A stretch of DNA of 15,900 bases from Thermodesulfobacteriota bacterium (GTDB lineage Bacteria; Desulfobacterota_D; UBA1144; Nemesobacterales; N074bin48): contig JBFFSH010000060.1 of NCBI GenBank assembly GCA_041572575.1, positions 1-15,900 on the forward strand, read 5' to 3'. The number at the start of each line of letters is the position of its first letter. The first letter of the stretch is position 1. The translations under genes and the position numbers were made by a program. Below the pieces are notes generated by a model, which worked only from the letters and a program-made list of their open reading frames with translations, was not told the origin of the DNA and did no database searches. This document shows positions 9,314 through 15,900 of this stretch, piece after piece.

Positions 9314-9744
9314 CAGTAACTCTTTTAGCATTACTTGTTGCCTTCATGTGGGGCATAAATCCTATAATGGAAAAATTAAGCCTTGTGAAGGCCTCTCCTC
9401 TTAGTGTTATGACCGTACGATTCATTATTACTTCAATCGTACTTATAGGTCTTGCTTCATACCATGGGAAGTTTCAGGAAATAAATAATCTGGATACTAA
9501 AACTTATATATACATTTTTATTCCAGCAATACTGGCTGGGGTAGGGCTATATGTTTATTTCATTGCTCTTGGAATGGGAGAATCATCCAAAGTCGTACCT
9601 ATAGTTGCTACATTTCCACTTTTTACTGCAATATATGCATTCCTGATTTTAAAAGAGAGTTTTACAACACCTAAATTAATTGGAACATTTCTTATTGTTG
9701 CAGGTCTTGTAATACTAAACTGGAATAGTGTGGCTAAAAGCTAA
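9310..9744 (+). CDS. EamA/DMT family small membrane transporter
   Basis: About five hydrophobic segments, WGINPIMEK, SKVVPI, LKESFT..KLIG. ATGA overlap with the HAD gene suggests translational coupling. Confidence 0.88.
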   Translation: MTVTLLALLVAFMWGINPIMEKLSLVKASPLSVMTVRFIITSIVLIGLASYHGKFQEINNLDTKTYIYIFIPAILAGVGLYVYFIALGMGESSKVVPIVATFPLFTAIYAFLILKESFTTPKLIGTFLIVAGLVILNWNSVAKS

Positions 9745-9746
9745 AA

Positions 9747-9935
9747 TTAGTGTTTGAGATCATCATTTTTAGTGAAAAGTATAAACGCCATAGCGGGTCT
9801 TTTTGAGGCGTCTCTCATAGCAAACTGTATTGTATCAAGCACCCAGTCCTGATTTACCCACTCATTTATCACTTTTTCAATCTCTTCATCGGTGACCGTG
9901 GTTAGTTCTACTACTTTATAAATTGTCTTACTCAT
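9747..9935 (-). CDS. Small DUF4177-like protein
   Basis: YKVVEL...IEKVINEWVNQDWVL...AFILF pattern. Starts 5 nt after the hemB stop. Confidence 0.7.
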   Translation of the reverse strand: MSKTIYKVVELTTVTDEEIEKVINEWVNQDWVLDTIQFAMRDASKRPAMAFILFTKNDDLKH

Positions 9936-9940
9936 GAATT

Positions 9941-10915
9941 CTACTTGTTTAAGGACTTTGCAATTTGTTTTGCAAAATATGTGATAATTAAATCAGCTCC
10001 TGCTCTTTTAATTGAAATAAGTATTTCATTTACTACCTTGTCTTCATCTATCCATCCCATCTTTGAAGCTGCCTTCACCATTGAATATTCACCGCTAACA
10101 TTATACGCGGCAAGTGGATGATTAAATTCTTCTCTTACAGCGCTTATTACATCCAAATAAGAAAGCGCAGGCTTTACCATCACTATATCCGCACCTTCTT
10201 CAATGTCCTGCTCAATTTCCCTGATTGCTTCTCTTACATTAGGTGGGTCCATTTGATAGGACTTTCTATCTCCATACTGAGGTGCGGACTGTGCAGCATC
10301 TCTAAAAGGACCATAGAAAGCTGAGCAATATTTAGCCGAATAAGACATGATGATTTTATTGTGAAATTCGTTATCATCCAGTACTTCGCGTATTTTAGCC
10401 ACTCTTCCATCCATCATATCCGATGGCGCTATAATATCAGCTCCGGATTCTGCATGCGAAAGAGCAGTTAATGATAATAACTCAAGCGTCTCATCATTAT
10501 CAACATAACCATCGTGAATAACACCGCAGTGGCCGTGATCGGTATATTCACAAAGGCACAGATCAGTAATAACAACTAACTGTGGAAATTCCTTTTTTAT
10601 GGCCTTAACTGCTGTTTGTATAATACCTTTTTTGCTATAGGCCCCTGTTGCAATATCATCCTTTTTGTCGGGAATACCAAAAAGAAGAATAGCCTTAATA
10701 CCATAATTAGTTATTTCTTCAATCTCTTTTAAAGCATTGTCAACTGAGAGCCTGTAAATATCAGGCATGGATTCTATCTCCTGAGATTTATTGTTACCTG
10801 CTACAATAAACATCGGATATATTAGATCATTTAAAGAAATCTCTGTTTCTTTTACAAGATCACGAATGTTTTGGTTAAGCCTCAGTCTTCTTAGTCGTGT
10901 TATTGGGAAAAACAT
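9941..10915 (-). CDS. hemB: Porphobilinogen synthase (delta-aminolevulinate dehydratase), Zn-binding type
   Basis: RLRRLR N-terminus, [14 protein letters not shown] (three Zn Cys), [17 protein letters not shown] and VMVKP (Schiff-base lysines), AYNVSGEY. Start placed at ATG 10915 because the track's TTG 10939 lies within the terminator U-tract. Confidence 0.98.
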   Translation of the reverse strand: MFFPITRLRRLRLNQNIRDLVKETEISLNDLIYPMFIVAGNNKSQEIESMPDIYRLSVDNALKEIEEITNYGIKAILLFGIPDKKDDIATGAYSKKGIIQTAVKAIKKEFPQLVVITDLCLCEYTDHGHCGVIHDGYVDNDETLELLSLTALSHAESGADIIAPSDMMDGRVAKIREVLDDNEFHNKIIMSYSAKYCSAFYGPFRDAAQSAPQYGDRKSYQMDPPNVREAIREIEQDIEEGADIVMVKPALSYLDVISAVREEFNHPLAAYNVSGEYSMVKAASKMGWIDEDKVVNEILISIKRAGADLIITYFAKQIAKSLNK

Positions 10916-10937
10916 AGTATTTATAAATAATTTAATC

Positions 10938-10972
10938 AAAAAAAAGGGTGTTATAAAAATATAACACCCTTT
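10938..10972 (-). terminator. Intrinsic terminator of the nitroreductase operon
   Basis: Perfect 13-bp inverted repeat AAAGGGTGTTATA (10943-10955) / TATAACACCCTTT (10960-10972) with a 4-nt loop. A8 at 10938-10945 gives a U8 tract on the minus strand. Confidence 0.9.
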
Positions 10973-11014
10973 CGTTTAATTTTTAATTAAGAATTAATAA
11001 ACTTTCTGAAAATA

Positions 11015-11209
11015 TTAGTCCCAAGGTTGGGTATTATTTTCAGGAGTTGCTGAATTCTTAAGCCATTTTTCTGATTTATAATAAGCAGGTCCGTAAATAA
11101 GAATAGTATTTACAGCAATAATACCCTCTGGGGTATTACCAACCTGCTCGGCTCTTCTTTTTATGTTTTCAAATATTGGATCTGGAATCTGAATTGTTAC
11201 TTCAGCCAT
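11015..11209 (-). CDS. Small hypothetical protein with ribbon-helix-helix-like N-terminus
   Basis: Strong SD AGGAGG (11223-11218), 22 nt after the nitroreductase stop and just before the terminator. EVTIQIP-DPIFENIKRRAEQ-GNTPEGIIA resembles strand-helix-turn-helix. Confidence 0.8.
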   Translation of the reverse strand: MAEVTIQIPDPIFENIKRRAEQVGNTPEGIIAVNTILIYGPAYYKSEKWLKNSATPENNTQPWD

Positions 11210-11231
11210 CTTATTTGCCTCCTAATTTATA

Positions 11232-12263
11232 TTAATCTGCGTCTCCGATACCTTTTTCTTTCCTGTAATTTTCAAGAACCTCTCTTCTAACTGTAGGTGT
11301 AAGCTGCATTTCTACAGGTACATCACCTGGTACAGTAGCTTGAAATTCTTCATCGGTTAAAGGTACTGGTTTTGTATCAGCACATGTTACAGTATCGGTA
11401 TCAGTCTGAGATGGAGCAAGTTTCCAATCGGTCATGTGTTCTTCGCCAAGACCAAATCTCTTTGTGAGTCTGTTGATCTCTTCGAGTCTTCCTGGTAGAG
11501 GACCTGGAGCCTGGATTAAGTTAAGCTCTTCTAGGAGTTTTACTGTTTTTTCATCTCTTTTAAATGAATTACCAACCTGTTTTTCAAAAAACATTCTTTC
11601 AAATGGTGGTCTTGGTCTTGTACCGCCGCCATCCATTTTTTCAGCAGGATAACCAACTGTCATAAGCCAAGAAAATACATATGTATTTGGCAGGTTGAAT
11701 TTAGTTTTTACATTCCTTCTTGCACCACCGCTTGCACCATTTAGGCATGTAGCAAGTCCTAGAGCTGAAGCAGCTATCATAGAATTCTGAATTGCATTAC
11801 CAAGGTCAATTGCAGCAAGTCTGTGCATAATAAAATCTGGAAGCATAGCAGGGAGAGGGAAAAGTTTATTAACCCTTTCATATTCCCAACCATGTGCCTT
11901 ATCAAGAGCACCTGTTCTCATGAGGTCGTGAATACTTTGTCCCTGTACGTCATAACCTGACATATCGTAGCACCAGAAAAATAGTATTGGAGCCATCTGG
12001 GTTGTAATCTGACTCCAGTCTGAAATGAACTCCCAAATATCTGGGTCTTCATCTCTGTATACAACAATAGCTCTCTGTCCATTAAAGTTTCCTGCAGAAG
12101 GAGCTATTCTTGCAGCTTCAAGCATGGCTTGTACTTTCCATCTTTCAACAGGTTTGTTAGGTTCATACCATCTGATGGATCTTCTTATTCCCATTGCATC
12201 CAATGCATCTCTAACTTTGACTTCACTGGAATTGGGAACGCTGTCTATTAACAAATCACTCAT
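11232..12263 (-). CDS. Nitroreductase-family flavoprotein with C-terminal extension
   Basis: RRSIRWY (FMN phosphate binding), LEAARIAPSAGN, DLGNAIQNSMIAASALGLATC, VGYP, R.RPP. SD AAGGAGGT at 12277-12270. Confidence 0.9.
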   Translation of the reverse strand: MSDLLIDSVPNSSEVKVRDALDAMGIRRSIRWYEPNKPVERWKVQAMLEAARIAPSAGNFNGQRAIVVYRDEDPDIWEFISDWSQITTQMAPILFFWCYDMSGYDVQGQSIHDLMRTGALDKAHGWEYERVNKLFPLPAMLPDFIMHRLAAIDLGNAIQNSMIAASALGLATCLNGASGGARRNVKTKFNLPNTYVFSWLMTVGYPAEKMDGGGTRPRPPFERMFFEKQVGNSFKRDEKTVKLLEELNLIQAPGPLPGRLEEINRLTKRFGLGEEHMTDWKLAPSQTDTDTVTCADTKPVPLTDEEFQATVPGDVPVEMQLTPTVRREVLENYRKEKGIGDAD

Positions 12264-12302
12264 TTTATTACCTCCTTAATAATTATAAATCACCTTACTA
12301 AT

Positions 12303-12331
12303 TTTTTATAATATTCTTAAATAAATGTCAA
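12303..12331 (-). promoter_or_regulatory. Putative sigma70 promoter for the nitroreductase operon
   Basis: Perfect TTGACA (12331-12326). TAAAAA follows at 17 nt spacing or TATAAA at 15 nt, so the -10 element is imperfect. Confidence 0.5.
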
Positions 12332-12473
12332 GCAAAATAATAGCCTTTATATAGAAAAATTAAATAATTTTGATTTATTTTTTCAAAATTCTATATATAA
12401 TGGTTTTGTTGATAGATAATAGACAAAACTATAGAGCTTTTTTACAGGTCATAGTTTATTAAGGAGGGAATTT

Positions 12474-13625
12474 ATGAGAGATGTATATATTATAGGAGTT
12501 GGTACCACTAGCTGTGGCCGTTTTCCTGACAAAGGAGCACATGTACTTGGCAGTGATGCCGCTTGGAAAGCAATTTTAGATTCAGGAATACATGCAAGAA
12601 AGATCGAAATTGCATTTTGCGGCCATGTGTATCAGGGTATGGGAGTAGGACAAAGGACATTTAAAGAGATTGGTCTTGTAGGCCAGCCTGTTGTAAATGT
12701 AGAGGGAGCATGCGGAAGCGGAACACTTTCATTATGGGAAGCATGGAGATCTATTGCTTATGGTCAGTTTGATGTTGCCCTTGCGCTTGGTGTAGAAAAT
12801 TTAAGCAGAATCCTTTCAGGCGGTCCACTACCTCTCGAAGATGATGATATTGAAGTTGCACTAGGAATGGGAATGCCTGCACTTTATGCAATGAGAGCCA
12901 AGAGATATATGGCTGAATATGGAACAACCGAAGAACAATTTGCAAATGTAGTTGTTAAAAGCAGAAAACACGCAGCACTAAACCCAATTGCACAGTATAG
13001 AAAACAGATATCCGTTGAAGAAATTTTAAATTCACCAATGATCGCCGACCCACTTACCAGAAATCAGTGCTGTCCGGTAGGAGACGCGGCAGCAGCAGCT
13101 GTTCTTTGTTCAGAAGACAAAGTAAAAGAACTGGCAACTAAGCAGCCTGTTAAAATTCTTGGATGTATTTCACAATCTGGTAAATACAACACACCCGATA
13201 AATTAATATGTGATCCTTCAGAAAATGTTGCAAGAACCTCATCTATGGCATATGAAATGGCAGGCCTGGGCCCAGAAGACATGGATCTTGCTGAAATACA
13301 TGATGCATTTACTGTTGCCGAGATGATTGTTGTTGAAGCACTTGGTTTTTGCAAGAAAGGAGAAGGTGCAGAACTTACAGATAGCGGCCGTACATCTTTG
13401 GGCGGGGATAGTGTTTGTGTAAATCCAAGCGGTGGACTTCTTTCAAGAGGACATCCCATAGGAGCAACAGGTCTGCTGCAGACCGCAGAGCTTGTATGGC
13501 ACTTAAGAGGTGAAGCAGGAGACAGACAGGTTCCTGGCGCAAAAGTTGGAATAATTGAAACTATGGGTGGCGCACAACCTGCAATGGATGGTATAACCTG
13601 CGTAGTTGCAATTCTTGGCGTCTAA
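12474..13625 (+). CDS. SCP2/SCP-x type thiolase family protein
   Basis: NVEGACGSG (nucleophile Cys80), EIHDAF, VNPSGGLLSRGHPIGATG. SD AAGGAGG at 12461-12467. Confidence 0.93.
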   Translation: MRDVYIIGVGTTSCGRFPDKGAHVLGSDAAWKAILDSGIHARKIEIAFCGHVYQGMGVGQRTFKEIGLVGQPVVNVEGACGSGTLSLWEAWRSIAYGQFDVALALGVENLSRILSGGPLPLEDDDIEVALGMGMPALYAMRAKRYMAEYGTTEEQFANVVVKSRKHAALNPIAQYRKQISVEEILNSPMIADPLTRNQCCPVGDAAAAAVLCSEDKVKELATKQPVKILGCISQSGKYNTPDKLICDPSENVARTSSMAYEMAGLGPEDMDLAEIHDAFTVAEMIVVEALGFCKKGEGAELTDSGRTSLGGDSVCVNPSGGLLSRGHPIGATGLLQTAELVWHLRGEAGDRQVPGAKVGIIETMGGAQPAMDGITCVVAILGV

Positions 13626-13657
13626 ATAATATAAGATAATAAGGAGAAATATGAAAA

Positions 13658-14053
13658 ATGAGCGAAGATAAAGAATTATTTTTAGCTGAACTTTTTGGAA
13701 CAAAACCACATGTGCATCTTATAGGTGGTAAATGTAATAAATGCGGAAAATATACATTTCCAAAATATGTTGCATGTCCTCACTGTTTTTCTGATGACAT
13801 AGTAGAAGCTCCACTTAGTAAAACAGGTAAACTACATTCCTTTACAATGGTAAGAAGAAGTATGCCGGAATTTGTAGTTCCATATGGTCTTGGTCTGGTT
13901 GATTTCCCAGAAGGAGTAAGGGTTATGGCGCAAATAGATAAGGACTATATCGAAGACCTAGAGCTGGAAGCTGATATGGAAGTAGAAATTGGTCCTGTAA
14001 GAAAAGGTAAAGACGGTAAGGATCTACATTCTTATAAATTTAAGCCTGCATAA
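13658..14053 (+). CDS. DUF35 zinc-ribbon/OB-fold protein (thiolase partner)
   Basis: CNKC...FP...CPHC zinc ribbon, G.LHSFT, PYGLGLVDFPEGVRVMAQI OB-fold. Directly follows the thiolase. Confidence 0.92.
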   Translation: MSEDKELFLAELFGTKPHVHLIGGKCNKCGKYTFPKYVACPHCFSDDIVEAPLSKTGKLHSFTMVRRSMPEFVVPYGLGLVDFPEGVRVMAQIDKDYIEDLELEADMEVEIGPVRKGKDGKDLHSYKFKPA

Positions 14054-14084
14054 AAAAAAATAAAAATAAAAGTTGTATTAACAG

Positions 14085-14124
14085 ACCTCTTTTGGATAAT
14101 ATAAAGTCCAAAAGAGGTTTTTTT
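14085..14124 (+). terminator. Intrinsic terminator of the thiolase-DUF35 operon
   Basis: 12-bp stem ACCTCTTTTGGA (14085-14096) / TCCAAAAGAGGT (14107-14118), 10-nt loop, T7 run at 14118-14124. Confidence 0.88.
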
Positions 14125-14152
14125 ATATCAAATTATTAATTCTTATAAATCT

Positions 14153-15900
14153 ATGCTTAAAAAACCTGCCATAAAACCATTTAATAAAATCCTTGTTGCC
14201 AACAGAGGCGAAATATCAATAAGAATATTCAGGGCATGCTCTGAGCTTGGAATAACCACTGTAGCTATATATTCAGAAGAAGATTCTTTTTCCCTGCACA
14301 GAAACAAGGCGGACGAAGCTTACTTAATAGGAAAAGACAAGGGCCCTGTAGAAGCGTATCTGGATATAGAAGGAATAATACAACTTGCAAAGGACAAGAA
14401 TGTAGACGCCATTCACCCTGGATATGGCTTCCTGAGCGAAAATGCACATTTTGCCAGGGCCTGCGAAGAAGCTGGTATAAGTTTTATAGGTCCATCACCT
14501 GATTCTATAGCGCGTATGGGTGATAAGGCCGAGGGCAGAAAAATAGCTCAAGAGGTAGGGGTTCCCGTTGTACCGGGAACAGAGGGTTTTGTTGAGACAC
14601 AAAAACAAGCCTTTGATTTTGCAAAGAAAAGCGGGTTTCCGGTGATGGTAAAAGCAGCAATGGGCGGGGGCGGCAGAGGCATCAGGATTTGCAGAGATAA
14701 AAAATCACTTATAGAGAATTTTAAACAATCAAGATCAGAAGCAAAAGCTGCTTTTGGGGATGATTCTGTTTTACTTGAAAAATATATTGAAAATCCCAAG
14801 CATATTGAGGTACAGATACTTGGTGATAAGCATGGAAAAGTAATACATCTTTTTGAAAGAGACTGCTCTGTACAAAGAAGACATCAAAAAGTAGTTGAAA
14901 TAGCTCCTTCATTACATTTATCAACTGATTTAAAGAATAGGATTTACGATTCTGCTGTAAAAATAGCAAAAGAAGTAGGTTACTTTAGCGCTGGAACAAT
15001 AGAATTTCTGGTAGAGGGTGAAAATTACTACTTTATTGAAATGAATACCAGAATACAGGTAGAACACACTGTAACCGAGATGGTAACGGGTGTAGACCTC
15101 ATTCAGGCACAAATAAGAGTTGCCGAAGGATATAAACTCTCTGACAATAAATTGTCAATTCCCAAATCTCCACGAATTAATGGCTATGCCATGCAGTGCC
15201 GTATAACAACTGAAGATCCTACTAATAATTTTCAACCTGATATAGGAAGGCTTACGGCTTACAGGTCTTCAGGTGGTTTTGGCGTAAGGCTCGATGCAGC
15301 AAGCGCATATGTCGGTGCGGTTATTACTCCTTATTATGATTCTATGCTGGTTAAGATGACCACATGGGGAAATTCATTTGAGCAGTGTATCCTAAAAATG
15401 GACAGGTCATTGCGCGAGTTCAGGATAAGGGGTGTTAAGACCAACATTCCTTTTTTACTAAATGTAATAAGGCATGAAATATTTAAAGACGGACAGTGCA
15501 CGACTACTTTTCTCGACACCCATAAAGAACTTTTTGATATAAGAGAGCCTAAGGACAGAGCAACAAAGCTTTTTAGTTATATTGGCGATACTATAATAAA
15601 TACTTCTCTTAAAAAACCTGATATATGGAAAGACAAACCTCCGGCTTTACCAAAAGTTCCTGAAATAAATGGTATCGGCAAGAAAGTTAAGCCAGTTCAC
15701 AGGGAGATATTCGAAAATAACGGCCCCAAGGCCCTTAGTGAATGGATACTTGAACAACAAAAACTCCTAATAACCGACACGACTTTTAGAGACGCTCATC
15801 AGTCTCTTCTTGCAACCCGCATGAGGTCACACGATATTTTAAACATCGCAGAGGCCACATCCAGGATTGAAAACGACGTGTTTTCGTTTGAGATGTGGGG
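14153..15900 (+). CDS. pyc: Pyruvate carboxylase, single-polypeptide type (partial, runs off the window)
   Basis: Translated by hand: MLKKPAIKPFNKILVANRGEISIRIFRA, IHPGYGFLSEN, GGGGRG, ERDCSVQRRHQK, EMNTRIQVEH (biotin carboxylase), then in the same frame ITDTTFRDAHQSLLATRMR...FEMW (carboxyltransferase). Confidence 0.97.
   Translation, partial: MLKKPAIKPFNKILVANRGEISIRIFRACSELGITTVAIYSEEDSFSLHRNKADEAYLIGKDKGPVEAYLDIEGIIQLAKDKNVDAIHPGYGFLSENAHFARACEEAGISFIGPSPDSIARMGDKAEGRKIAQEVGVPVVPGTEGFVETQKQAFDFAKKSGFPVMVKAAMGGGGRGIRICRDKKSLIENFKQSRSEAKAAFGDDSVLLEKYIENPKHIEVQILGDKHGKVIHLFERDCSVQRRHQKVVEIAPSLHLSTDLKNRIYDSAVKIAKEVGYFSAGTIEFLVEGENYYFIEMNTRIQVEHTVTEMVTGVDLIQAQIRVAEGYKLSDNKLSIPKSPRINGYAMQCRITTEDPTNNFQPDIGRLTAYRSSGGFGVRLDAASAYVGAVITPYYDSMLVKMTTWGNSFEQCILKMDRSLREFRIRGVKTNIPFLLNVIRHEIFKDGQCTTTFLDTHKELFDIREPKDRATKLFSYIGDTIINTSLKKPDIWKDKPPALPKVPEINGIGKKVKPVHREIFENNGPKALSEWILEQQKLLITDTTFRDAHQSLLATRMRSHDILNIAEATSRIENDVFSFEMW

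Noticed and set aside
12403..12457. Mutually exclusive 7-bp hairpins in the thiolase leader (GTTTTGT/ACAAAAC and AAACTAT/ATAGTTT)
   Set aside because: They are weak AU-rich stems that do not cover the SD, so there is not enough support for an RNA switch.
13651..13671. Out-of-frame ATG giving MKNERR* between the SD and the DUF35 start
   Set aside because: It is only 4 nt from the SD, and ATG 13658 gives a complete protein. Chance or a one-base A-run variant explains it.
7485..13709. Other opposite-strand ORFs overlapping the VOC, ytoQ, HAD/EamA, hemB, nitroreductase and thiolase genes
   Set aside because: They overlap well-supported genes almost entirely and have no protein-family features.
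14265..15519. Five short minus-strand ORFs
   Set aside because: They are antisense to pyc, which the track omits only because it has no stop codon in the window.
1..15900. CRISPR arrays, tRNA/rRNA genes, riboswitches
   Set aside because: Intergenic gaps are short and AT-rich, with no repeat-spacer pattern or cloverleaf. Checked by eye only.

Overview
AT-rich bacterial chromosomal segment made mostly of metabolic genes. From left to right: a decayed receiver-PAS-HisKA_2 kinase (frameshifted near 1203 and cut off before its ATPase domain at a CTAG site, possibly by an IS remnant); metH plus a TfoX-family gene; a minus-strand four-gene cluster (VOC protein, ABM-domain protein, AbfD/HpaB-family flavoprotein, small Cys-rich protein); YtoQ, HAD and EamA genes; DUF4177 and hemB; an extended nitroreductase with a small RHH-like partner, divergent from an SCP2-type thiolase/DUF35 pair; and the 5' part of pyruvate carboxylase, which is absent from the ORF track because it runs off the window. 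The best candidates for undescribed biology are (i) the AbfD-like enzyme, whose Fe-S ligands and catalytic residues appear remodelled and which is followed by a tiny CxxxCP...CxxCxxC protein, and (ii) the nitroreductase lacking the usual NxQPW motif, whose co-transcribed 64-aa partner ends in NTQPWD. I found no rRNA, tRNA, CRISPR array or recognisable riboswitch. Family assignments come from recalled motifs, not database searches.
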